NCBI GenBank assembly: GCA_051251855.1
Contig: JBPOGI010000004.1
Coordinates: 64,001 to 128,000 of the forward strand
Length of the DNA: 64,000 bases
DNA from: Roseibacillus sp.
GTDB taxonomy: Bacteria; Verrucomicrobiota; Verrucomicrobiia; Verrucomicrobiales; Akkermansiaceae
Direction: 5' to 3'
Below are positions 41,166 through 49,220 of the stretch, one piece after another. Both the position numbers and the translations under genes were made by a program. Below the pieces are notes generated by a model that saw nothing but the letters and a program-made list of their open reading frames with translations, was not told where the DNA came from and did not search any database. How positions within the stretch are numbered: position 1 is the stretch's first letter; the number at the start of each line of letters is the position of its first letter.

Positions 41166-41681
41166 ATGAAATCTATCGTTTCTCTTGTCGCCACCATCTT
41201 GCTCTCAACTCCTTTGTTAGCTCAGGACCAGAAACCGACCATCGTTGGCTACATCGAGAACATTTCTATCACAGAACTCGACCTTGCGATGAAAGCCAAG
41301 CTCGACTCTGGAGCCACCACCTCCTCAATCAATGCCTTGATTTTGGAACAGCCTCTCCCTGCTCAAAACACCGAAGACCAATACATCGTCTTCTCTATCA
41401 AAACCGAACATGGCTCTTCCCCCAAAATCCGCAAAAAGATTTCTCGTTGGGTCAAAATCAAAAAGAAGTTAGGCGGCCATATTTTGCGGCCCACCGTGAT
41501 GATGGAATTTCAGATCGCCGGCAAGACCATCAAAGAAGAGGTCAACCTCGCCAATCGCGACCCCTTTACCTACGACGTCTTAATCGGACGCAATATGCTC
41601 ACCAAAGGAAAGTTCCTGATAGACTCCTCTCAGACCTTCACCGTCAAGCCGCCCCTGCTTACCTTGAACGATAAAAACTGA
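41166..41681 (+). CDS. Secreted retropepsin-like aspartic protease (RimB / 'ATP-dependent Zn protease' family), copy 1
   Basis: AKLDSGATTSS, RPTV, EEVNLANR and LIGRN motifs; signal peptide. Confidence 0.88.
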   Translation: MKSIVSLVATILLSTPLLAQDQKPTIVGYIENISITELDLAMKAKLDSGATTSSINALILEQPLPAQNTEDQYIVFSIKTEHGSSPKIRKKISRWVKIKKKLGGHILRPTVMMEFQIAGKTIKEEVNLANRDPFTYDVLIGRNMLTKGKFLIDSSQTFTVKPPLLTLNDKN

Positions 41682-41747
41682 TCAAAGGATCGCGAGGCTC
41701 CAGCTCGGCTCCTCCAACAAAGCCGGAGCCCCCACTGCAATCGTTAC

Positions 41748-41807
41748 GGAGAAGCGACCTTTACTGCCGCCTACTACAACCCCAGCGGCAACAAAAGTCA
41801 GCATTCC
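41748..41807. repeat. Degenerate type A REP doublet
   Basis: GGAGAAGCGACCTTTACTGCCGCC followed by a decayed inverted copy. Confidence 0.75.
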
Positions 41808-41903
41808 CCAATCCTCATTCAAAACTCCTTCCCCCAGCGAGACAGCCATCCTGTCAAAGCCTCGTGTTTACAAGCCTTCGTCGAGTGGACCTAATAGTCG
41901 CTG

Positions 41904-42419
41904 ATGAAATCGATTGCAGCCCTCGTCGTCACCCTCTTGCTTTCCGCACTCTTGTCAGCGCAGGACGAGAAACCAATCACCGTGGGCTTCGTCGAAAACA
42001 TCTCCGTCACCGAAATCGACTTTGTGGTCAAAGCAAAGCTCGATACCGGAGCCACCACCTCTTCAGTCAATGCCGTTATCATAGAAGAAAACCCACCTGA
42101 TGCGAAGCTGAAGGACCGATATGTGATCTTCTCCATCAAAACCAAAGACGGCCTCTCTCCCCCCATCCGCAAAAAGGTGGTTCGTTGGGTAAAAATCAAA
42201 AAGAAGGAGGGTGGATTCATTCGACGTCCCACCGTAAGAATGAAATTTTGCATCGCCGGCAAGATGGTCGAAGAAGAAGTCAACCTCGCCGATCGCGACC
42301 CCTTCATCTACGACCTTTTAATCGGGCGTAATATGCTCAAAGAGGGTCGCCTGGTCGTCGACTCCTCCCTCACCTTCACCGCCAAGCCAATCCCAGCGGT
42401 CCTGAAGGAAAAAGACTGA
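41904..42419 (+). CDS. Secreted retropepsin-like aspartic protease, copy 2
   Basis: AKLDTGATTSS, RRPTV and LIGRN motifs; colinear with copy 1. Confidence 0.9.
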   Translation: MKSIAALVVTLLLSALLSAQDEKPITVGFVENISVTEIDFVVKAKLDTGATTSSVNAVIIEENPPDAKLKDRYVIFSIKTKDGLSPPIRKKVVRWVKIKKKEGGFIRRPTVRMKFCIAGKMVEEEVNLADRDPFIYDLLIGRNMLKEGRLVVDSSLTFTAKPIPAVLKEKD

Positions 42420-42440
42420 AGACGCCCCCGCCATCGTCAC

Positions 42441-42503
42441 GGAGAGGCGACCTTTACTGTCGCCTGCTAGAACCTCCGGCGGCAATAAAGGCCGCCGCTC
42501 CAT
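42441..42503. repeat. 63-bp type A REP doublet; left direct repeat of the defence island
   Basis: Identical to 53213-53275. Confidence 0.93.
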
Positions 42504-42619
42504 CACTCCTCCCCCAGTCTCTTTAATCCGTTACCTCCGCTTTTAGATTTCACCCCACTCAAAAAGCACTTATCCTCAGTCCGTGCCTCTTCGTCAAAAA
42601 ATCGACAGGTCCTCAAACG

Positions 42620-43225
42620 ATGATTTTAGAAAACAAACTCCAGCTCGCTGACCAAGCCGCACTCGCAAGAGCAGAGGAAGAAATCAGCAAGCGAAAAGCG
42701 AAACAACTCTTCGATTCAGGGGACATCCAAAACGTGGAAGTCGGCACCTATTCTGGGCTCGCCTTCATCCATCAATATCTCTTTGAAGATATCTACTTTT
42801 TCGCCGGAAAACTCAGAGAGGTCAACATGGCCAAAGGCAACTTTCGCTTTGCTTCCGTCATGTTCTTAAAAGCGAGCCTCGAGAACATCGACCAAATGCC
42901 GCAAAGCACCTTTGAGCAGATTGTCGAAAAATACGTCGAAATGAACGTCGCCCACCCCTTCCGTGAAGGCAACGGCAGAGCCACCCGAATCTGGCTCGAC
43001 CTCATCTTCAAAAAAGAACTGCAGCAAGTCATCGATTGGAACCAAATCGACAAAGAAGACTACCTCATGGCAATGGAACGCAGCGTGGTGAAAGACCTCG
43101 AGATCAAACATCTCCTCAAGAACGCCCTCACCGCCAAAATCAACGACCGCGAAGTCTACCTCAAAGGCATCGACGTCAGCTACTACTACGAAGGCTACAC
43201 CACCTTCAAAGCCGACGAGCTCTAA
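42620..43225 (+). CDS. fic: Class III Fic protein (AMP transferase, NmFic-like)
   Basis: HPFREGNGRATR catalytic motif; C-terminal SYYYEG inhibitory motif. Confidence 0.93.
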   Translation: MILENKLQLADQAALARAEEEISKRKAKQLFDSGDIQNVEVGTYSGLAFIHQYLFEDIYFFAGKLREVNMAKGNFRFASVMFLKASLENIDQMPQSTFEQIVEKYVEMNVAHPFREGNGRATRIWLDLIFKKELQQVIDWNQIDKEDYLMAMERSVVKDLEIKHLLKNALTAKINDREVYLKGIDVSYYYEGYTTFKADEL

Positions 43226-43245
43226 CAAGCCACAGCCATCGTCAC

Positions 43246-43304
43246 GGAGCACGGACATTCCTGTCCGTGAATTTCCCTACGGAGCGGCGACCTTTACTGT
43301 CGCC
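43246..43304. repeat. Tandem type B + type A REPs
   Basis: GGAGCACGGACATTCCTGTCCGTG (43246-43269) and GGAGCGGCGACCTTTACTGTCGCC (43281-43304). Confidence 0.88.
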
Positions 43305-43457
43305 TGCTACAGCCTCACTCCAAATTCAGTTGTCCAAAAATTTAGGATAACTGCCGCCCCTTTCCCCAACAAAAAAGCGCCCGTTACTCTAGCGGACGCC
43401 TCGGCCCTGATTTCACCCGGGGGAACCGAGACGTCCCTACCGCAATCCACCCACAGT

Positions 43458-43738
43458 GGAGCAGGGACATTCCTGTCCATGAATTCCCCCACGGAGCGGC
43501 GACCTTTACTGTCGCCCCCACCGTTCCGTCAAAACCCCAGCGGCATCATCAGTCACCATTCACCACTTCCCATTCACCATTCAAAACTCCTCCTCGTCCC
43601 AGCAGGACAGCCAGAAGGGAGCCCCGTGGAAGCGGCTCCGGAGCGCACCTTGGGGATTCCCCCGCAACAAATAAAGAGAGCAATCGTGCGATTCCAATTC
43701 CAAAAACCAGCCCACCCGCAGCGACCCGGAAAAACCCC
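43458..43738. repeat. Composite REP cluster, diverged copy of 40786-41045
   Basis: Type B at 43458-43481, type A at 43493-43516, then GTCCCAGCxGGACAGCCAGAAGG...CCCACCCGCAGCGACCCG. Confidence 0.85.
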
Positions 43739-43908
43739 GCAACAGCGAAAGCCCTCCGACAACTCCCTCACCTTCAACCCGGCTACCCCGATATAGTCTG
43801 GGCTCCACACAACTTAACCCGCCATGGCCGCTTTTAGGATTCACCCACCTCCAAAACCCTCTACCCTCGCCCCACACCACCGAAGAATACCACTCTCTTC
43901 CCAAACCC

Positions 43909-45477
43909 ATGTCCGAAGACCACAAAAAGAACCTCGAATCCCGTCTCTGGGACATCGCGAACACCCTGCGCGGGAAAATGGGGGCCGATGAATTCCGGGA
44001 CTACATCCTGGGCTTCATCTTCTACAAATACCTCTCCGAGCGCATGCACCTCTTCGCCGATGAGATCCTCGTCAACGATGGCCTCAAATTCGACGCCATC
44101 GATGAGTCCAGCAAAGAAGGAAAAGAGATGCTCGCGGCCATCGAGGAAGAATCGGTGGAACGCCTCGGGTATTTTCTCAAGCCTTCCGAGCTCTTCCATC
44201 GCCTGGCTCAGAAAGGCGCGCAGAAGAGCGACAACTTCATCATCGAAGACCTCGGCAGCATCCTCAAGCACATCGAGGGCAGCACCATGGGGCACGACAG
44301 TGAAGAGGACTTCGAGGGACTGTTCGAGGATCTCGACCTCGCTTCCTCCAAATTGGGAAAAAGCGAGAACCAGAAGAACGAGCTCATTGCTAAAGTCCTC
44401 GTCCACCTCGACCAAATCGACTTCCGTCTGCAAGATACCGAGGCCGATGTCTTGGGCGATGCATACGAATACCTCATCGGACAGTTCGCCAGTGGCGCGG
44501 GCAAGAAGGCGGGCGAGTTCTACACTCCGCAAGAGGTCAGCACCATTCTCGCCAAAATCGTCACCACCGGAAAAACCAGCCTCAAGAGCGTTTACGATCC
44601 CACCTGCGGTTCTGGGTCCTTGCTCTTGCGGGTGGCCAAGGAAGTCGAGGAAGTGGATGGCTACTACGGGCAGGAAATGAACCCCACCACCTACAACCTC
44701 GCCCGCATGAACATGATTCTGCACGGGGTCCACTACCAACGCTTCGACCTCCGCAACGAGGACACCCTGGAGCATCCCGCCCCCGAGCATGCCGACCTGC
44801 GCTTCGAGGCCATCGTCGCCAACCCACCCTTCTCCGCCAAGTGGTCCGCGAGCACCATTCACGAGAATGACGACCGCTTTAGTAGTTACGGCAAGCTCGC
44901 GCCCAAGACCAAAGCCGACTTCGCCTTCGTGCAACACATGGCCCATCACCTCGATAGTGGAGCGACCATGGCCTGCGTCCTCCCGCACGGAGTCCTCTTT
45001 CGCGGTGCTGCCGAGGGACACATCCGCCGCTACCTCATCGAGGATTGCAACTGGCTCGACGCCGTCATCGGTCTCCCTCCGAACATTTTCTACGGCACCG
45101 GCATCCCGACCTGCATTCTCGTTCTCAAGAAACAACGCGAGAACCCCGACGACATCCTCTTCATCGACGCCAGCCAAGGCTTCACCAAAGAAGGCAACCA
45201 AAACTACCTCAAGCCAGAGGACATAAACCGCATCGTCACCACCTACCGCGAACGAACGAATAACGAAAAATTCAGCCACGTCGCCGAACTGAGCGAAGTC
45301 GCCGAAAACGACTACAACCTCAACATCCCCCGCTACGTCGACACCTTCGAAGAAGAAGAGGCGGTTGATTTGGCAGAGGTCTCAGAGAAACTGGTCGCCT
45401 TGGATAAAGAAATGGGCGAAACAGACAAGGTAATCGCAGGGTTTTGTGAGGAACTGGGAATCAAGGCACCGTTCTAA
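43909..45477 (+). CDS. hsdM: Type I restriction-modification methyltransferase subunit (m6A)
   Basis: LWDIANTLRG, GEFYTP, YDPTCGSGSLL, NPPF and YNLNIPRYV motifs. Confidence 0.97.
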   Translation: MSEDHKKNLESRLWDIANTLRGKMGADEFRDYILGFIFYKYLSERMHLFADEILVNDGLKFDAIDESSKEGKEMLAAIEEESVERLGYFLKPSELFHRLAQKGAQKSDNFIIEDLGSILKHIEGSTMGHDSEEDFEGLFEDLDLASSKLGKSENQKNELIAKVLVHLDQIDFRLQDTEADVLGDAYEYLIGQFASGAGKKAGEFYTPQEVSTILAKIVTTGKTSLKSVYDPTCGSGSLLLRVAKEVEEVDGYYGQEMNPTTYNLARMNMILHGVHYQRFDLRNEDTLEHPAPEHADLRFEAIVANPPFSAKWSASTIHENDDRFSSYGKLAPKTKADFAFVQHMAHHLDSGATMACVLPHGVLFRGAAEGHIRRYLIEDCNWLDAVIGLPPNIFYGTGIPTCILVLKKQRENPDDILFIDASQGFTKEGNQNYLKPEDINRIVTTYRERTNNEKFSHVAELSEVAENDYNLNIPRYVDTFEEEEAVDLAEVSEKLVALDKEMGETDKVIAGFCEELGIKAPF

Positions 45478-46712
45478 TGCTTCGCTTCATTAAAGAAAAA
45501 TCCGGACTTCCTTCGTTAAGATTTCAAGTAGGAAAAAAGCCTTTCGATCGAAAAAGACTTGCTGAAATCGCTTCAAAGAAAATTTCATATGGAATTGTTC
45601 AAGCTGGAGAACATGTGCCGGGCGGGATGCCGTATATTAAGAGTCAGGATTTAAACGGCCCCCTGACCCTTGAAAGACTTGAACGAACTTCAGCTGAGAT
45701 AGCTAAAAAATACAGACGGTCAGAAGTTGAACCTGGAGACATCGTTTTCTCACTGCGTGGTAATATCGGTGTTGCCCAAATTGTACCGAAGTCGATTGCT
45801 GCTTCGAATTTAACGCAAGGAACCGCTCGGATTTCCGTTGGCGACGACTACAACAAATATATTAATTGTGCGCTGCAATCTTCGGATATTTCTAGGCAGG
45901 TCGAAGCCTACGCTAAGGGTAGCACTTTTCGCGAAATCTCTCTCGAAGATTTACGCAAAGTTAGTGTCGCGATTCCAACCCTCCCCGAACAGCGGAAGAT
46001 TGCGGATTTCTTGACGGCGGTGGATGGGCGGATTGGGCAACTGCTCCAAAAGAAAGCCCTGCTGGAGGACTACAAGAAAGGCGTGATGCAACAACTCTTC
46101 ACCCAAGCCCTGCGCTTCAAAGACGACCACGACAACGACTTCCCCGATTGGGAGGAGAATAATTTGGGGGAGATAGCTTCGTTTTCCAAGGGAAGTGGAA
46201 TTTCCAAAGCTGAGGTTCATGAAGACGGAGCGACTCCATGCATTCGTTATGGTGAGCTTTACACTCACTACTCTGAACTTATCGGAGAAGTAAAATCTTG
46301 GACAAATGTAGATGCAAAGCAATTGGTGATGAGCCAGCAAAACGACGTGATCATCCCAGCATCGGGAGAAACTCATATCGACATTGCGACTGCCTCTTGC
46401 GTGATGGAAGCAGGTATTGCTCTCGGCGGTGACCTCAACATTATCCGAGCAAAGACCAACGGTGTATTCTTAGCCTACTATCTCAACAACGCCATGAAAC
46501 ACGCGATCGCAGGTATGGCTCAAGGAAGCTCTGTAATTCATCTGTATCCTGCCCAACTCAAGCTGCTTAAGCTCTTGGTTCCCTCCCTCCCCGAACAAAC
46601 CAAAATCGCCAATTTCCTCTCCGCCCTCGACCGCAAGATCGAAAGCGTCGCCACCCAAATCACCGAGACCCAAACCTTCAAACGCGGCCTCCTCCAGCAA
46701 ATGTTCGTTTGA
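45477..46712 (+). CDS. hsdS: Type I R-M specificity subunit
   Basis: Two TRDs, each followed by conserved PxLPEQxKIAxFL helices; ends GLLQQMF; TAATG coupling to hsdM. Confidence 0.95.
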   Translation: MLRFIKEKSGLPSLRFQVGKKPFDRKRLAEIASKKISYGIVQAGEHVPGGMPYIKSQDLNGPLTLERLERTSAEIAKKYRRSEVEPGDIVFSLRGNIGVAQIVPKSIAASNLTQGTARISVGDDYNKYINCALQSSDISRQVEAYAKGSTFREISLEDLRKVSVAIPTLPEQRKIADFLTAVDGRIGQLLQKKALLEDYKKGVMQQLFTQALRFKDDHDNDFPDWEENNLGEIASFSKGSGISKAEVHEDGATPCIRYGELYTHYSELIGEVKSWTNVDAKQLVMSQQNDVIIPASGETHIDIATASCVMEAGIALGGDLNIIRAKTNGVFLAYYLNNAMKHAIAGMAQGSSVIHLYPAQLKLLKLLVPSLPEQTKIANFLSALDRKIESVATQITETQTFKRGLLQQMFV

Positions 46713-46766
46713 TAAACCGCTTTCCAGCTCTCACAAATTCCCTAGAAAAGCGCATTGAAACGCCAA

Positions 46767-46792
46767 ATAATATTGAAAATCGTCAATATTAT
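46767..46792. promoter_or_regulatory. Perfect 10-bp inverted repeat (operator-like) upstream of the AAA ATPase
   Basis: ATAATATTGA-aaatcg-TCAATATTAT; contains TTGAAA and TATTAT hexamers. Confidence 0.55.
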
Positions 46793-46809
46793 GTCACTTT
46801 CACCTCGTA

Positions 46810-48012
46810 ATGCTCCTTAGATACTCTGCAGAGAATTTTTATTCGTTCCTCGAAAGAGTCGATGTTGATTTCTCAATTAGTGCTCAGGCTGGAAACCGAG
46901 CCGGTATGATCCAGTCTGAAACTGGGCAAAACGTGAATTCAGTGATCGGTGTTTTTGGGGCCAATGCCTCGGGAAAAACGAATCTCCTCAAACCACTCGG
47001 CTTCCTCTCTTGGTTCGTCCTAGAGTCCGCCCGCAGGAAGCCTGACTCGAAGATTCTTTACGAGCCCTTTGCCTTCACGGAAGACACCGACACCCCTACA
47101 AAACTAGAACTGGAATTTGAGTTTAAGGGTGGGCGCTACCGCTACGAGCTGGACCTGCTTGGGAATCTTGTCAGTCGAGAAGCCCTTTACCGGAAGAAGA
47201 CCCGCTTCTCTTACCTCTTTGAACGCCATCGAAATCTAGAGTCCGGAGAATACGACTTTAAAGCGCAGGATCTGGGCTCAGTGGCCTCGGTGCCTCTACG
47301 CTCAAATGCCTCATGGATCTCTTCAGCCCTTCTCCAAGAGCATGAACTCGCAACTCAGCTGCGACCGTTCTTCGAAAGTATCCATGGCAACCTTGGGCCC
47401 GACGGACGTCTCCCGACTCACGACGCCGAAACCGTCAATGTCTTCGAAGCCGCCGAATACTTTCAAAAGAATCCCGGAACTCTTACCCACGTTTCCACTC
47501 TCCTTGCAGACTTTGACTTAGGGCTTTCCGAGGTTCGAATTCAGAACGGAAAAATGCTGGATAAAGACGGTCAGGAAGAAGAAGTCTCCTTTCCCGTCGC
47601 AGTCCATCAGCCCGACGGGAAAGATTACTTGCGAGTCCTGATGCAAGAGTCGCGAGGAACGCAAGCACTCTTTGTTCTCCTTCGCTACCTTCTCCCTGTT
47701 CTCGAGAAAGGTGGTACTGCCTTTATCGATGAATTTGAATCCGGCCTCCACCCTCATATGGTTCGTCGCATCCTCGAGCTATTTTTCAATCCCGCCACCA
47801 ACCCCAAACAGGCGCAACTCATCGCAACCTTTCATACCGACTTCCTCCTTCGTGATACCTTGCACAAGTATCAAATCTATTTTGCCGAGAAGGACGAAAC
47901 CTTGGGAACCGATGCTTACCGGCTCGACAACCTCAAAGGAGTTCGAAATGTCGACAACGTCTACGATAAGTATCATGCCGGAACCTATGGCGGCATTCCG
48001 TGCCTACCCTAA
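46810..48012 (+). CDS. ABC/AAA_21-type ATPase (RloA/AbiLi-like)
   Basis: ENFYSF, Walker A GANASGKTN, signature ESRGT, Walker B FIDEFESGLHP, H-loop ATFH, GTYGGIP. Confidence 0.9.
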   Translation: MLLRYSAENFYSFLERVDVDFSISAQAGNRAGMIQSETGQNVNSVIGVFGANASGKTNLLKPLGFLSWFVLESARRKPDSKILYEPFAFTEDTDTPTKLELEFEFKGGRYRYELDLLGNLVSREALYRKKTRFSYLFERHRNLESGEYDFKAQDLGSVASVPLRSNASWISSALLQEHELATQLRPFFESIHGNLGPDGRLPTHDAETVNVFEAAEYFQKNPGTLTHVSTLLADFDLGLSEVRIQNGKMLDKDGQEEEVSFPVAVHQPDGKDYLRVLMQESRGTQALFVLLRYLLPVLEKGGTAFIDEFESGLHPHMVRRILELFFNPATNPKQAQLIATFHTDFLLRDTLHKYQIYFAEKDETLGTDAYRLDNLKGVRNVDNVYDKYHAGTYGGIPCLP

Positions 48013-48029
48013 TCCCCACCCCTGAACCG

Positions 48030-48554
48030 GTGTCTCGCTCTAACCCTTACAAAAAGAAACCGCGAACAACCCGCGCCACAGCACAAATCGTGGTCGAAGG
48101 ATTCACGGAGGAAGCTTTCTGTAAGTATTTGAAGAGCCTTTACGCAAGAGATTGCGGAGTCGGCGTCGAGATTCACAATGCTCGTGGCGGGTCCCCCACC
48201 GATATCGTTCGCTCAGCTCTGAAACGAAAAGGGTTTGATCGAACCTTCCTTGTCTACGATACCGATGTTTCACTCCCAAAAAGTTGGGCTGCAAAATCAC
48301 AGGCTGCGAAACAAATTGCGGTGACCTCAACTCCCTGTATCGAAGCTCTCTTTCTTGAGCTTCTGGCTGCTCCCATTCCAACGACCTCTAGCTCATGCAA
48401 GAAGGCTTTTTCAAAGCACCTCAGTGACACAGAAAAGTTTCTGCCGAAATCATACGCGAAGATTTTTTTCAGAAGAGTTCTTAACTCAGAGCGAACACCC
48501 TTCGCTCGTCCTGCTCCGCTCAGCTTTCAACAAATAGAGCTAGGTCAGAGCTAG
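48030..48554 (+). CDS. RloB-like (AbiLii-like, TOPRIM-related) protein; C-terminus possibly frameshifted
   Basis: IVVEGFTE, GGSP, VYDTD and STPCIEALFL motifs; directly follows the ATPase; start at GTG 48030 or 48000. Confidence 0.8.
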   Translation: MSRSNPYKKKPRTTRATAQIVVEGFTEEAFCKYLKSLYARDCGVGVEIHNARGGSPTDIVRSALKRKGFDRTFLVYDTDVSLPKSWAAKSQAAKQIAVTSTPCIEALFLELLAAPIPTTSSSCKKAFSKHLSDTEKFLPKSYAKIFFRRVLNSERTPFARPAPLSFQQIELGQS

Positions 48555-48577
48555 TAAAATTTCAAACCAACGAACAA

Positions 48578-48934
48578 GTGAAAGCCCTCTCGACAGCTCA
48601 AGAACACAAGAACGCCCTGCGCGATTTAGAGGCGCTCATGGTGAGCGATCCTCCTGAAGGGTCTGATGAGGACAAGACTATCGATCTCCTTGCGGACGTA
48701 ATCTCGGACTATGAAAAACGCACGGTGACTCTTCCGAAGATTTCTCCAGCAGAATTGATCCGCTGCGTGATGGAGAACCGGGGTCTTAAACAGGAAGACT
48801 TGATACCCTTTATTGGTTCGGAGACGCGCGTGTCAGAGTTCTTGACCGGCAAGAGCGAGCTCACTCTTGAGATGGGCCAAGCCCTCGCCCAGGAACTCCG
48901 CGTTCCGCTAAATGCTCTCTATCAAGAGCACTAG
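48578..48934 (+). CDS. HigA-like XRE/HTH transcriptional regulator (antitoxin-like)
   Basis: LLADVISDYE...MENRGLKQEDL..IGSETRVSEFLTGKSELT. Confidence 0.85.
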   Translation: MKALSTAQEHKNALRDLEALMVSDPPEGSDEDKTIDLLADVISDYEKRTVTLPKISPAELIRCVMENRGLKQEDLIPFIGSETRVSEFLTGKSELTLEMGQALAQELRVPLNALYQEH

Positions 48935-48950
48935 GAATGGCTCGAAGAGA

Positions 48951-49210
48951 TTGACCCATCAGTTGACTCACTATTGACTCACTTTCAGTCAAATATGAGC
49001 CACAAGAGTGGTTTCGCCTCATCATTGAGCCACAAAACAACTTTAAAATCATTTTGGACTCATTTTGATTCACAAGCTCGGTAACCTCCCCACAGACCAT
49101 CGCGTAAAGATTTCAGAGTAATCTTTACACTTTGTTTTCATTATGGTAAGAAAAACGCGATTTCTTTACGTCACGCTCCCCAAGTGACCAGAAAATCGTG
49201 ATTTTTTAAC
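48951..49210. promoter_or_regulatory. Clustered operator-like motifs upstream of the Fic-HTH gene
   Basis: ~7 TGA(C/G/T)(T/C)CA-like motifs at 48951-49074; inverted repeat GTAAAGATT-N7-AATCTTTAC at 49104-49128 with a variant at 49146-49169. Confidence 0.5.
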
Positions 49211-49220
49211 ATCTCAACCC

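Noticed and set aside
40786..43516. REP clusters as a CRISPR array or integron attC sites
   Set aside because: Spacing is irregular and gene-sized, orientations are mixed, there are no cas or intI genes, and no RYYYAAC/GTTRRRY core was seen
43861..45279. 472-aa minus-strand ORF
   Set aside because: Antisense shadow of hsdM
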